Counted from the stretch's first letter, positions 1-12,719 are shown. The stretch is 64,000 nucleotides of DNA from Gammaproteobacteria bacterium (GCA_030830685.1 JAURMM010000016.1:11723-75722); one strand, 5' to 3'. Made by a program: numbers and translations. The notes: generated by a model not told the origin, from the sequence alone.

Positions 1-410
1 ACTGGAAGGAACATCTCGCGGCGATGGACCAGCTGCGTCAGGGAATACACTTGCGCGGATATGCGCAGAAAGATCCCAAGCAGGAGTACAAGCGCGAGTC
101 CTTCGACATGTTCGCCAAGATGCTCCAGAGCCTGATGCGGGAAGTGGTCGCCATCCTGTGCCGGGTCGAAGTGCGCGCCCGGGAGGATGTGGAGGCTCTG
201 GAAGAAGAGAGGCGGCGAGAAGCGACGGTCAAGCAGCAGGAAGTCCACGAAACAGCGGTCAGCGCGCTTGCCAGCGAATCACCGCCAGCGCCGCGCGCGG
301 CACGGGTGCAGTCGCCGGTTGTGCGCCAGGGCGAGAAGGTGGGTCGCAATGATCCCTGCCCATGCGGATCCGGAAAGAAGTACAAGCACTGTCACGGACA
401 ACTTGCCTGA
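1..410 (+). CDS. secA: Preprotein translocase ATPase SecA, C-terminal fragment (5' end outside window)
   Basis: Reading frame is open from the window edge. Translation '...[39 protein letters not shown]...' ends in the [14 protein letters not shown] zinc-binding tail typical of SecA. Confidence 0.9.
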   Translation, partial: WKEHLAAMDQLRQGIHLRGYAQKDPKQEYKRESFDMFAKMLQSLMREVVAILCRVEVRAREDVEALEEERRREATVKQQEVHETAVSALASESPPAPRAARVQSPVVRQGEKVGRNDPCPCGSGKKYKHCHGQLA

Positions 411-422
411 ACACACACTCGG

Positions 423-1655
423 GTGATGCACATGACGAGCACGAATGAAACGCCAGTCACGGAAAACGCTTTGCCGATCGCAGGAATCCGCCTTGCGACT
501 GCCTCGGCCGGAGTGCGCAAGGCAGGCAAGATTGATCTCTGCGTGATCGAAGTTGCAGAAGGCGCCCGCACCGCCGGTGTGTTCACGCGCAATGTGTTCT
601 GTGCTGCACCGGTCATGATCTGCCGGGACCACCTGGCTCGCGCGGCGCCCCGTCTGCTCGTCATCAATTCGGGTAATGCAAACGCCGGTACCGGTGAACA
701 AGGTTTCGCGGATGCGCGTGCCGTCTGCGCCGCCGGCGCCCGGCAGCTGGGATGCGCGGATGAGGCCGTGCTACCTTTCTCCACGGGAGTCATAGGCCAG
801 CGTCTGCCCGCGGAGAAGATCATCGCGGCGTTACCGACGGCAATCTCAGCCCTGACGACGCACGCGTGGTCCGACGCTGCAGCTGCAATCATGACAACCG
901 ACACCTTCCCCAAATACCGCAGTGCGCAGGTCACGTTGGATGGCAGCACTTATACCGTAACAGGGATTGCCAAGGGGGCCGGCATGATCAAGCCGGACAT
1001 GGCGACTATGCTTGCCTTCATCGCGACAGATCTGCCGCTCAGTACCGAGGCCGTGTCGCAGATGGTGCGCGAGGTGAGCGACCGCTCCTTCAATCGCATC
1101 ACGATCGATGGCGACACCTCGACCAACGACAGCTGCATGCTGATTGCGACTGGCGCCTTGGAGACGGGCGCCATCGAGCCAGGTGATGTGCGTTGGGAAG
1201 CGGCCCTCGGCGCAGTGGAAGCGGTGTTCAAGACGCTCGCCCGGGCCATCGTGCGCGACGGTGAGGGCGCCACCAAGCTTGTCAGTGTCCAGGTCAATGG
1301 AGGCGCGTCGGAGGTCGACTGCCTCAAAGCCGCCTATGCGGTGGCGGAATCTCCGCTGGTCAAGACCGCGCTGTTCGCCAGTGATCCCAACTGGGGCCGC
1401 ATCCTCGCGGCCGTGGGGCGTTCCGGCGTGGCAGGACTGCGCATGGAGAACATCGGGATTGCACTCGACGACTATCCAATCATTCAGCGGGGCGAGCCCG
1501 TACCCGGCTACGATGAGTCCGTTTCGGCGCGCATCATGGCCGGCAAGGAGTTCGCCATCCGCATTTCGCTCGGTGATGAACCTCATGCGGTAGAGGTGCT
1601 GACCTGTGACTTCTCCTATGACTACGTCCGCATCAACGCAGAGTACCGCAGCTGA
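423..1655 (+). CDS. argJ: Bifunctional glutamate N-acetyltransferase / amino-acid acetyltransferase ArgJ
   Basis: 410-aa ORF containing the ArgJ self-cleavage region '...ATMLAFIATD...' and a conserved C-terminal '...LTCDFSYDYVRINAEYRS'. The secA-argJ-mutT order matches Pseudomonas. Confidence 0.9.
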   Translation: MMHMTSTNETPVTENALPIAGIRLATASAGVRKAGKIDLCVIEVAEGARTAGVFTRNVFCAAPVMICRDHLARAAPRLLVINSGNANAGTGEQGFADARAVCAAGARQLGCADEAVLPFSTGVIGQRLPAEKIIAALPTAISALTTHAWSDAAAAIMTTDTFPKYRSAQVTLDGSTYTVTGIAKGAGMIKPDMATMLAFIATDLPLSTEAVSQMVREVSDRSFNRITIDGDTSTNDSCMLIATGALETGAIEPGDVRWEAALGAVEAVFKTLARAIVRDGEGATKLVSVQVNGGASEVDCLKAAYAVAESPLVKTALFASDPNWGRILAAVGRSGVAGLRMENIGIALDDYPIIQRGEPVPGYDESVSARIMAGKEFAIRISLGDEPHAVEVLTCDFSYDYVRINAEYRS

Positions 1656-2715
1656 GCGTGGCGTTACCCTCGCTGCGTCAGTGATGCAGGGTTCGTTGCG
1701 CGGTGGCGACCACGGGCTGCCGCCCATCGAAGTCGTTGCCGCCGTGATTCGTCGCGCAGACGGTGCCGTGCTGCTCAGCCTGCGGCGTCCCGAGCAGCAT
1801 CAGGGAGGACTTTGGGAATTTCCGGGCGGCAAGCGCGCCCCGGAGGAATCGGCTCTGTCGGCGCTGTCGCGCGAGCTCGAGGAAGAGCTGGGTATGTACA
1901 TCGATCCGGCGCGGCTGCGTCCTCTGGTCCAGCTGACCCATCACTATCCCGACAAGTCGGTGCAGCTCACGGTCTGGGAGATCTTTGACTGGACGGGCAC
2001 GCCCGTCGGGCGTGAGGGTCAGGAGATTGCCTGGGTCCTGCCCGAGGCGCTCGGCGAGTTCGCGTTTCCCGCAGCAAACTACCGTATTCTGGCTGCGGCC
2101 ACCTTGCCGCGGCTATACCTGATCACTCCTGAGCCGGACCTTGCAGAACCCACTGCTTTTCTCGACGCGCTTGAAGTCAGTTTGAGCGGCGGAATCCGTC
2201 TGGTGCAGTTGCGTGCAAAGTCATTGCACCTCGCGGATCTGTTGCCGCTGGCGCGGGCCGCGGTAGCGCTCTGCCATCAGCATGGTGCGCGCGTACTGAT
2301 CAATGCGCCTGCCAGCCTGCCCGCCGCGCTACTTGAGGACCTAGGCGTGGACGGATTGCATCTGCCGTCACGCTTGATGCACCAATATCGCGAGCGTCCG
2401 GTGCCAGCCGGGCAGTTGCTCAGCGCCGCATGCCACGATGTGGACGACATCCGCCAGGCCTCGCGTCTCGGTGTGGACATGGGTTTGCTCGGGCCGGTGC
2501 TACCCACGCCTTCCCATCCAGGGCAGCCTGGCCTTGGTTGGGATGTAGCCGCAGCGCTTGGCCGGCACGCGGACTTTCCGCTATTCGCACTCGGCGGACA
2601 GGGGCCGCGGACGGTTGATGCGGCACTGACTGCCGGTTTTCACGGGGTGGCTGCGATCACGGCGTTGTGGAACCGGCGCGAGTTGCCGGACGCCCGCTTG
2701 CGGCAGGATCGCTGA
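1606..2715 (+). CDS. NUDIX hydrolase (MutT-like) fused to a thiamine-phosphate-synthase-like (ThiE/TenI fold) domain
   Basis: N-terminal Nudix box 'GGLWEFPGGKRAPEESALSALSRELEEELG'. C-terminal half resembles the TMP-synthase fold ('RLVQLRAKS...', 'GVDGLHLPS', 'FALGG'). The annotated ATG overlaps argJ by 50 nt; a later start near 1684 (MQGSL) is plausible. Confidence 0.75.
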   Translation: MTSPMTTSASTQSTAAERGVTLAASVMQGSLRGGDHGLPPIEVVAAVIRRADGAVLLSLRRPEQHQGGLWEFPGGKRAPEESALSALSRELEEELGMYIDPARLRPLVQLTHHYPDKSVQLTVWEIFDWTGTPVGREGQEIAWVLPEALGEFAFPAANYRILAAATLPRLYLITPEPDLAEPTAFLDALEVSLSGGIRLVQLRAKSLHLADLLPLARAAVALCHQHGARVLINAPASLPAALLEDLGVDGLHLPSRLMHQYRERPVPAGQLLSAACHDVDDIRQASRLGVDMGLLGPVLPTPSHPGQPGLGWDVAAALGRHADFPLFALGGQGPRTVDAALTAGFHGVAAITALWNRRELPDARLRQDR

Positions 2716-2720
2716 GCTCG

Positions 2721-3554
2721 CTACATCGCACAGCAATGGAGTTCGAAGGTCAGGGGCTCCTGGACGACCTGTGGACGTGCATCGGGATCAGTGTGCCGGA
2801 AGAAGCGGATGGCGAAGCGATGCCTGCCACCGCTGATCTCGGGGTAGTAATCGGCATTCGCCTCCAGCTTCACACGCACCATCTGGCACAGTGTGCCGGG
2901 CTCGATCTGCTGCTGGTAGAACCCGTTCTCCACGGCGATCTGCCGCGGTTGCGCACTCACTCTGACCAGCTCAAGCACCAGTTGCACGGCATCCTCGATC
3001 ACCCGCAGATCCCGCAGCCAGTCATGTAGCTGGCGGTCCCGCTGCAGAGGCTCGCGATGTAGCCAGAAATGCAGCCCCGGAATGTCAAAACTGCAGGTTG
3101 CGCCCGGCAGGGCCAGACGCTGCTTGAACTGCATCAGCAGCTCGCTTTGCCGCAGCCGCGCGCCGGGCTGGAAGGCATTGGATTTCAGCAGAATGAGCAA
3201 GGGTTGCAGCCGCCCCATGGTGCGTTCCAGCGCCTCCTGATTGACCTGTGGGTTGTGGCGCAGGTGCTGGAGCAGGTTCACATGCCGTTCCAGCTCCTTG
3301 ATGAGTTCGCCACGGATATCCACCCGCCCAAGCTGGTCACAGAGTTCGATCATGCTGACGAGCACGTTGCGCGCATCCCAGGTGCTGCCGCGCTCCAACC
3401 CAAGGTGTATCGAGTGGAAGATCGATTCCAGGCGCATCATCGTGCGCATGCGTTCGCTCAGCGGCAGTTCATACAGCCCTCGCTGGTTGTGCGGCGAGAA
3501 CAGCGATTTCTGGCCCTTTGCGGAAGCCTTGTCCTGAGTGGGGGAATCAGGCAT
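2721..3554 (-). CDS. zapD: Cell division protein ZapD (YacF)
   Basis: Translation aligns with E. coli ZapD: 'LYELPLSERMRT', 'CSFDIPGLHFWLH', 'RFAIRFF', 'FELHCC'. The N-terminus is about 20 aa longer than E. coli if the first ATG is used, so the true start is uncertain. Confidence 0.82.
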   Translation of the reverse strand: MPDSPTQDKASAKGQKSLFSPHNQRGLYELPLSERMRTMMRLESIFHSIHLGLERGSTWDARNVLVSMIELCDQLGRVDIRGELIKELERHVNLLQHLRHNPQVNQEALERTMGRLQPLLILLKSNAFQPGARLRQSELLMQFKQRLALPGATCSFDIPGLHFWLHREPLQRDRQLHDWLRDLRVIEDAVQLVLELVRVSAQPRQIAVENGFYQQQIEPGTLCQMVRVKLEANADYYPEISGGRHRFAIRFFRHTDPDARPQVVQEPLTFELHCCAM

Positions 3555-4160
3555 CGACAGTCTGCTCCGCCAGCGCGAGGTAGCGTTGATGCAGTTGAAC
3601 CACCTCTGCCCGTACGGCGTGCAGGTCGCCTCCGTTCACAATCACTTCATCCGCGAGCGCGAGGCGCTGGGCACGGGTGGCTTGGGTCTTCATGATCGCA
3701 ATGACTTCCTCACGTGTCAGACCATCCCGCTGCATCACCCGGGATTCCTGCACTTCTTCCGGACAATCGACGACCAGTACGCGATCCAGATAGCTCTGGC
3801 TTTTGCGATCAGAGAGCAAGGGAATTCCGACCAGGCAGTAAGGGGTGGTGACCTTCGCAATATGGGCAGCCACTTGAGCACGAATCCTGGGGTGCAGGAT
3901 CTGCTCCAGCTGCACACGCAGCGCAGGGTTCTGGAAGACGAGCTTGCGCAGTGCGGCGCGATCAAGCTCCCCCCGCGGGGTGAGGATGTCCAAGCCGAAG
4001 ACGGCTACTACCGCGGAGAGCCCTTCGCTGCCGGGTACCACTACTTCGCGCGCCACCTGATCGGTGTCGATCACGGGAATGCCGAATTCGGCAAACATTG
4101 CACATACCGTGGACTTGCCGGAGCCGATGCCACCAGTCACGCCTATCACCAGCGGTCGGC
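3547..4160 (-). CDS. coaE: Dephospho-CoA kinase CoaE
   Basis: P-loop 'LVIGVTGGIGSGKST' near the N-terminus. The ORF-track N-terminal extension (to 4455) overlaps pilD and is read-through; a real start near 4160 is inferred. The pilBCD-coaE order is conserved in Pseudomonas. Confidence 0.82.
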
Positions 4161-5042
4161 TCACAAAGCGCCGCCCTGGCCGAGCCAGAAGCCCATGATA
4201 GGGTCGCCCCAGATCAAGGCGATGAAGCCCGCGCCTGCAAGATAGGGCCCGAAGGGCAGAGGCTGATTGCGCTGATGGCCGGCAAAGGCGATGAGCGAAA
4301 TGCCCACCACTGCGCCCACCAGCGACGCCGCCAGCAAGATTACCGGCAAGGATTGCCAGCCCAGCCATGCGCCGAGCATGGCCAGTAGCTTGAAGTCGCC
4401 ATAACCCATGCCTTCCTTGCCTGTGGTGAGCTTGAAGGCCCAGTAAACCGACCACAACAGCAGATAGCCGCAGACGGCTCCGGCGAGTGCATTACGCAGA
4501 TCCGTGAATATGCCCGCACTGTTCAAAAGCAGACCCAGCCATAGGAATGGCTGGGTGATACCGTCCGGGAGCAGCTGGGTCTCGGCGTCGATCATGGCAA
4601 GCGCCAGCAAGGCCCAGGTCAGCAGGCCTGCGCAGAAGCCTTGCCAGCCAGCCCCGAAATGCCAGGCTGCAAGCCAGGCGAGTCCACCACTGGCGAGCTC
4701 AATCAGGGGATAACGAAGAGAAATGCTGGCGCGGCAATGACGGCAGCGTCCACCGAGCAAGAGATAGCTCAGTACCGGGATGTTGTCGTGGGCCGCGATC
4801 AGGTGTTCGCAATGTGGGCAACGCGAGCGCGGCACCACCAGGTTGTAACGCTCAGCAAGGACGGGCGCAGCCATCTCCGGGTTGGCAAGGGCCGCACATT
4901 CGGCCTGCCATTGGCGTGTCATGATGATGGGCAGTCGATGGATGACCACGTTCAGGAAGCTGCCGGTCAGGAGCCCCAGTACACCCATCAGTGCGGGAAA
5001 CGCCCAAGGCTGGGCGGAGAGCATAGACCAGAGCTCCTGCAT
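4161..5042 (-). CDS. pilD: Prepilin leader peptidase / N-methyltransferase PilD
   Basis: 293 aa. Tetracysteine motif 'CPHCEHLIAAHDNIPVLSYLLLGGRCRHCRASIS' and multiple TM helices are typical of PilD/GspO. Confidence 0.9.
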   Translation of the reverse strand: MQELWSMLSAQPWAFPALMGVLGLLTGSFLNVVIHRLPIIMTRQWQAECAALANPEMAAPVLAERYNLVVPRSRCPHCEHLIAAHDNIPVLSYLLLGGRCRHCRASISLRYPLIELASGGLAWLAAWHFGAGWQGFCAGLLTWALLALAMIDAETQLLPDGITQPFLWLGLLLNSAGIFTDLRNALAGAVCGYLLLWSVYWAFKLTTGKEGMGYGDFKLLAMLGAWLGWQSLPVILLAASLVGAVVGISLIAFAGHQRNQPLPFGPYLAGAGFIALIWGDPIMGFWLGQGGAL

Positions 5043-5063
5043 GGAGGCGCGGGCTGCGCGGGC

Positions 5064-6287
5064 TCAGACCACCTGGCCCATCTTGAAGATGGGCAGGTAC
5101 ATGGCAACGACCAAGCCACCGATGATAACGCCGAGGACCGCCATGATGATGGGTTCGAGCAGGCTGGTGAGCGAAGACACGGCGTCATCGACTTCCTGTT
5201 CGTACCAGTCTGCGACCTTGCCGAGCATGGTATCGAGCGCACCAGACTCTTCGCCGATCGCCACCATTTGCACGACCATGTTCGGAAACAGGCCGGTATC
5301 CCGCATGCTCACCTGTAACTGGGTGCCGGTCGCAATGTCGTCACGCATCTTCATCACGGCATCGTAATAAACGATGTTGCCAGTGGCGCCGGCCACCGAG
5401 ACCATCGCTTCCACCAGCGGCGTGCCCGCCGCGAACATGGTGGACAAGGTTCGGGCAAAGCGCGCGACGGCGGACTTGTTGAGGATGTCGCCAATCACCG
5501 GAATGCGGAGCGAGAGACGGTCGAAGAAATGCGCCACGGCCGGGTAGCGGTTCTTGGCGTGTAGTGTGCCCACCACTGCGACCGCGATACCGCCCATCAG
5601 GTAGTACCAGTAGGCCTGGAACCAGTTGGACATCCCGATCACCATCTGGGTGAGCGCCGGGAGGTCCGCGCCGAAGCCCTTGAACAGATCCTCGAACTGC
5701 GGAATCACGTAGATCATCAGGATGGACGTGATGATGAAGGCCACCACGATCACCGCAGTGGGGTAGAACAGCGCACCCTTCACCTTGGATTTCAGTGCTT
5801 CGGTCTTCTCCAGGTACAGCGCGACCTTGTGCAGGATGTCCTCGAGGATACCGGCGTGTTCGCCTGCGGTGACGAGGTTCACGAACAGCTGGTTGAATTG
5901 CTTCGGGTGCTTGCCGAGTGCATCGGCCAACTGGCCACCCGCTTCGAGGTCTGCCTTTACGTTGAGGATGAGTTCCTGCATGGCCTTGTTGGAATGGCCG
6001 CGGCCGACGATCTCGAAGGCCTGCACCAGCGGCACGCCGGAGGAGATCATCGTTGCCAACTGGCGGCTGAAGACTGCGATGTCTTTGGTGACAATCTTCC
6101 CGCTGCTTGCTCCGAACAGAGGCTTGGCCTTTTTCTTGACCCGTGTGGCATTGATGCCCTGGCGACGTAGCGTACTGCGCACGATGATGTCACTCTGCCC
6201 GGACATCTCGCCCTTGACGCGCTTGCCGTTCCTGTCCATTCCCTCCCAGACATACATGTCCGAGCGGGCCACCGCAGTCTGTGCCAT
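5064..6287 (-). CDS. pilC: Type IV pilus assembly platform protein PilC
   Basis: 407 aa inner-membrane protein with the duplicated GspF/PilC domain (motifs 'GVPLV.AF', 'LSTMF.AG.PL'). Sits between pilB and pilD. Confidence 0.9.
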   Translation of the reverse strand: MAQTAVARSDMYVWEGMDRNGKRVKGEMSGQSDIIVRSTLRRQGINATRVKKKAKPLFGASSGKIVTKDIAVFSRQLATMISSGVPLVQAFEIVGRGHSNKAMQELILNVKADLEAGGQLADALGKHPKQFNQLFVNLVTAGEHAGILEDILHKVALYLEKTEALKSKVKGALFYPTAVIVVAFIITSILMIYVIPQFEDLFKGFGADLPALTQMVIGMSNWFQAYWYYLMGGIAVAVVGTLHAKNRYPAVAHFFDRLSLRIPVIGDILNKSAVARFARTLSTMFAAGTPLVEAMVSVAGATGNIVYYDAVMKMRDDIATGTQLQVSMRDTGLFPNMVVQMVAIGEESGALDTMLGKVADWYEQEVDDAVSSLTSLLEPIIMAVLGVIIGGLVVAMYLPIFKMGQVV

Positions 6288-6290
6288 GCC

Positions 6291-8039
6291 TTACTCCAGA
6301 GTGACGCGGTTGATTTCGGCCAGGCTGGTGATGCCGCGCTTGGCTTTCTCCAGGCCTGAACGACGCACGTCCCAGATACCTTCGGAGGTGACCTGGTCGG
6401 CAAGCTGCACGGCATTGGCGCCGTCCATAATGAGGCGCTTGATGGCATCCGAGATGGGCATCACCTGATAGATGCCGGTACGTCCCTTGTAGCCACTCGG
6501 ACAGTCGCTACCGCCATTACCCGGATTGAAGAGGCGGACACCTTCATCGATATCGGCCTGTTGGAAGCCCTCTTCGCGCAGGGCTTGAGGTGGCAGGGTC
6601 AGGGGTACCCGGAATTGCGGGTGCAGCTTCCGCACGAGGCGCTGCGCCGTGATGAGGTTGATCGAGGTCGTCACGGCAAAGGGGGGAATACCCATATCCT
6701 GCAGGCGTGTGATGGTTTGCGGCCCGTCATTGGTGTGCAGGGTAGACATCACCATATGGCCCGTCTGCGCCGCCTTGACGGCAATCGAGCCTGTCTCCAG
6801 ATCGCGGATCTCACCCACCAGAATGACGTCCGGATCCTGACGCAGGAATGCGCGCAGCGCCTTTGCGAAGGTCATGCCGGTACGTTCATCCACCTGTACC
6901 TGGTTGATTCCGGCGAGATTGATTTCGATTGGATCCTCGACTGTCGAGATATTGATGTCTTCCCGGTTCAACATGCTGATGCCGGTATACAGCGACACCG
7001 TCTTGCCGCTGCCCGTGGGCCCTGTCACCAACAGCATGCCGTAGGGCTTGTAGAGATTCTTGACGAACAGATCCCGCTGGAAATCCTCATACCCCAGTTG
7101 TTCGATGTTGAGCTTGGCAACGTCTGAATCGAGGATACGCAGCACCACCTTTTCGCCATATAGCGTGGGACAGGTGCTGACCCGGAAATCGATGGCCTTG
7201 TTCTTGGACAGGCGCAGCTTGATGCGCCCATCCTGAGGTATGCGGCGCTCCGATACATCCAGACGCGACATCACCTTGATCCGCGCTGCGATCTTGAAGG
7301 CCAGCGCTAACGGAGGCTTGATGATCTCGGTCAGCATGCCATCGACCCGGAAGCGCACGCGGTAGTATTTTTCGTAAGGCTCGAAGTGCAGATCCGAAGC
7401 CCCGCGCTTGATCGCATCAAGCAGGATGCGGTTCACGAACTTCACCACCGGCGCATCATCGATTTCGGCGTTGTCTGCCAGGGAATCGGGCTGCGCGGTG
7501 GATTCCAGATCCACCAGGCTGTCGGCGGAAGTTTCGTCCAGACCGCCCAGATCATCGAAGCCACCGAACGCTACATCCAAGGCCTTTTCGATGGCCTTGG
7601 TCAGCTTGGAATCCTCCACCAGCACGGCCTCGGTGGAAGCACCACCGATGTGGAACTTGATTTCATCCAGCGCGCGGAGGTTGGTGGGATCGGAGACTGC
7701 AATGAAGACCCGGTTCCCACGGCGGAAGATGGGCAGGACGGAATGGCGCGTGATCAGTGGTTCGCTGACCAGCTTGACCACATCCGGATCGATTTCGATG
7801 GCATCGATGTCGAGCAGCGGCATGCCGAACTCGACCGAGGCCTCATGTGCGAGTGTCTTGCTGTCGACCAGTCTGCGTTCGATGAGGTAGCGGACGAAAG
7901 GGGTACGGGAGTCGAGCGCTTCCTTGAAGGCTTTTTGCGCGCTCTGCTCGTCAAGCAGGCCGTCCGTGACCAGCTTGCGCGCCAAGCCCCCCAAGGGCAT
8001 TTTGCTGCTCGAAACCGCCACTGTTGAGGCCTCTGTCAT
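6291..8039 (-). CDS. pilB: Type IV pilus assembly ATPase PilB
   Basis: 582 aa with N-terminal GspE_N domains, Walker A 'GPTGSGKT', Asp box, His box and a C-terminal tetracysteine-like motif. PilB/GspE family. Confidence 0.92.
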   Translation of the reverse strand: MTEASTVAVSSSKMPLGGLARKLVTDGLLDEQSAQKAFKEALDSRTPFVRYLIERRLVDSKTLAHEASVEFGMPLLDIDAIEIDPDVVKLVSEPLITRHSVLPIFRRGNRVFIAVSDPTNLRALDEIKFHIGGASTEAVLVEDSKLTKAIEKALDVAFGGFDDLGGLDETSADSLVDLESTAQPDSLADNAEIDDAPVVKFVNRILLDAIKRGASDLHFEPYEKYYRVRFRVDGMLTEIIKPPLALAFKIAARIKVMSRLDVSERRIPQDGRIKLRLSKNKAIDFRVSTCPTLYGEKVVLRILDSDVAKLNIEQLGYEDFQRDLFVKNLYKPYGMLLVTGPTGSGKTVSLYTGISMLNREDINISTVEDPIEINLAGINQVQVDERTGMTFAKALRAFLRQDPDVILVGEIRDLETGSIAVKAAQTGHMVMSTLHTNDGPQTITRLQDMGIPPFAVTTSINLITAQRLVRKLHPQFRVPLTLPPQALREEGFQQADIDEGVRLFNPGNGGSDCPSGYKGRTGIYQVMPISDAIKRLIMDGANAVQLADQVTSEGIWDVRRSGLEKAKRGITSLAEINRVTLE

Positions 8040-8118
8040 GAATCCCTGTTACCGCATTGAAAATGGTAGAGGAAAGCCGGGTCAATAGCCAACCGACCCG
8101 TCAGACAGGTGGCCGGAC

Positions 8119-8137
8119 GCCGGGCTTCTCGCCCGGC
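8119..8137 (-). terminator. Perfect GC hairpin (GCCGGGC-TTCTC-GCCCGGC) just downstream of the clpB stop; candidate terminator with no U-tract
   Basis: 7-bp perfect stem with a 5-nt loop seen directly in the sequence, 15 nt past the clpB stop on the minus strand. There is no obvious T-run, so the terminator call is weak. Confidence 0.25.
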
Positions 8138-8151
8138 GCCCTCCAAGGCCT

Positions 8152-10728
<2,577 letters not shown>

Positions 10729-10827
10729 ACGGGTGCTCCGGTAATTGCTTGATGAATCTCCACATGGGGGTGGGCATGGGAGCAATCAAGGCCGCGTCGC
10801 GAGTGCATGCACCCCGATTGATCTTCG

Positions 10828-11556
10828 TCAGGTCAGCCAGATGAGTGAGGCGAAGCGCCCCGTCAGGCCGTCGCGGCGATAGGAGAAGAAGCGCTCGTGT
10901 TCTGCAGCAGTACAGCCGGCATAGCGGGTGATGTTGTAGATGCCCGCGGCCATCAGCTGCTCAGCAGCAATGCCTGGCAGGTCGGCGCATGTGCCCTGTG
11001 TGGTGGTGATGAAATGTCGGGACCAGCGCGGTTCCCGCGCGATGAAACGTGCCGCGAGATCGGGTCCCACCGTGTAGGCGGCCTGGCTGATGCCAGGCCC
11101 TATCCACGCCATCCACGCTGCAGGATCCTCCGCGAGGGTTTGAAGGCAGTGAGGGATGATCCCGTCGAGCAGGCCTCGCCAGCCGGCGTGGATGGCCAAC
11201 ACCGTGGTGCCGGTGCGGTTGCAGAGCAGAATTGGCAGGCAGTCTGCGGTAAGGATTGCGCAAACCTGACCGGGCGTTCGGGAGAAGGCCGCGTCGGCCT
11301 CCGGGGGGCGTTCTGAGGGTATTGCTTCGACCACCCCTGTGCCATGCGTCTGGTTCAGCCAGCAGGGCTCCTCAGGCAAAGCCAGCGCCTGCCTCAGATG
11401 TGCACGGTTACGCTGCACGGCCTCCGCGTCATCCTGTACATGGCTGCCGAGGTTCAGGCTGGCATGAGGCCCCTCACTGAAGCCGCCACGACGCGTGGTG
11501 CACACGGCACGCACATTCGGCGGTGCTCGCCAGCCCGGCGTTAGGGTTTCAGGCAA
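10828..11556 (-). CDS. pgeF: YfiH/PgeF family purine nucleoside phosphorylase (laccase-domain protein)
   Basis: 242 aa containing 'AILTADCLPILLC...VLAIHAGWRGL', characteristic of YfiH/DUF152. The rluD-yfiH pairing is conserved. Confidence 0.8.
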   Translation of the reverse strand: MPETLTPGWRAPPNVRAVCTTRRGGFSEGPHASLNLGSHVQDDAEAVQRNRAHLRQALALPEEPCWLNQTHGTGVVEAIPSERPPEADAAFSRTPGQVCAILTADCLPILLCNRTGTTVLAIHAGWRGLLDGIIPHCLQTLAEDPAAWMAWIGPGISQAAYTVGPDLAARFIAREPRWSRHFITTTQGTCADLPGIAAEQLMAAGIYNITRYAGCTAAEHERFFSYRRDGLTGRFASLIWLT

Positions 11557-12538
11557 GAGAGCGCGGCTCCTCTGACTGCAGCGTCTTGAGGTCTGCCGTC
11601 AGGGCAGTCAATGCGCGCCTGAAATCGGAGGGCAGGGGACTGCGCACTTCAATCAATTCCCCCGACTCAGGATGTTCGAATTCGAGTCGGCAGGCATGCA
11701 GGGCCTGGCGGGTCAGACCGGCAAGACGTTTCTGCAGGCCTTCCGACATGCGACCGGGTGCAACCCTGCCTTGGGTGTAGGTTGGGTCGCCCAGCAGCGG
11801 ATGACCGAGATGCTGCATGTGAACGCGAATCTGGTGCGTTCGTCCGGTTTCCAGCGTCAGTTCAAGCTGCGCGTGGCAGCGGAAACGCTTTACCACTCGG
11901 TAATGCGTCACGGCGTCGCGTCCTTCGCCGGTGATACGCATCCGGGTGCGATGCATGCGGTCCCGCCCTACGGGCGCATCGACGCTGCCGCTGGATACTG
12001 GCACACCGTTGACGATTGCGGCATACACGCGGTGAATTTCTCTTGCGGCCATCTGGCGGGTGAGGGCTTGGAAGGCCGCCGAGGTGCGTGCCACCAGCAG
12101 CAGGCCGGAGGTGTCCTTGTCCAGTCTGTGAATCACGCCCGCGCGGGGGAGGGCGGCGAGTTCCGGCTCGCGGTGGAGCAGGCCATTGACCAAGGTTCTG
12201 TCCGGGTTGCCGGCACCCGGGTGCACGACCAGCCCCGCAGGCTTATCCACCACCAGAAGCGTTTCGTCCTCATAGGCCACGCGGAAAGCGACGTCCTGCC
12301 CCGCTAGACACAGCATAGGCGCTGCCGGAGACTCCAGTGCAATCGTGTCTCCGGTGCGCACGGTCTCCCGGGGCTTGCGGCACACGGTACCCTCGAGCGA
12401 TACATGTCCTTCCTCTATCCACTGCTTGAGCACGGTCCGCGATTGCGCCGGATAGAGGGCCGCCAGCGCTGCATCGAGGCGCTTGCCCGCGAGGCTGGCC
12501 GGGACTTCGAACTGTTCCTGGAGTGAGGCATTCATCAT
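11549..12538 (-). CDS. rluD: 23S rRNA pseudouridine(1911/1915/1917) synthase RluD
   Basis: S4 domain followed by catalytic 'HRLDKDTSGLLLVA'. The N-terminus aligns with E. coli RluD when started at MMNASL. Overlaps yfiH by 8 nt. Confidence 0.88.
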   Translation of the reverse strand: MMNASLQEQFEVPASLAGKRLDAALAALYPAQSRTVLKQWIEEGHVSLEGTVCRKPRETVRTGDTIALESPAAPMLCLAGQDVAFRVAYEDETLLVVDKPAGLVVHPGAGNPDRTLVNGLLHREPELAALPRAGVIHRLDKDTSGLLLVARTSAAFQALTRQMAAREIHRVYAAIVNGVPVSSGSVDAPVGRDRMHRTRMRITGEGRDAVTHYRVVKRFRCHAQLELTLETGRTHQIRVHMQHLGHPLLGDPTYTQGRVAPGRMSEGLQKRLAGLTRQALHACRLEFEHPESGELIEVRSPLPSDFRRALTALTADLKTLQSEEPRSLA

Positions 12539-12719
12539 GGCGCCCAGTCTAGCAGCCATGGCGGCCGTGTTCGTCGTGTGGCCGTGGCCACAACCGGCTA
12601 GAATGGCATCCGGGCTGAGTCTGCGCTGCGCGCGACTGCCCGTCCTGTCATGTGGTGGTGAGGTGCGCGTGCGTTTGAATCAGATTGCCCGGCCGCTGTG
12701 CCGGTGGACTCGCAGTCTC

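Noticed and set aside
3547-4455. 302-aa ORF-track version of coaE extending into pilD
   Set aside because: CoaE homology, including the P-loop near the N-terminus, starts about 98 aa in. The extension overlaps pilD in another frame, so a shorter coaE starting near 4160 is preferred.
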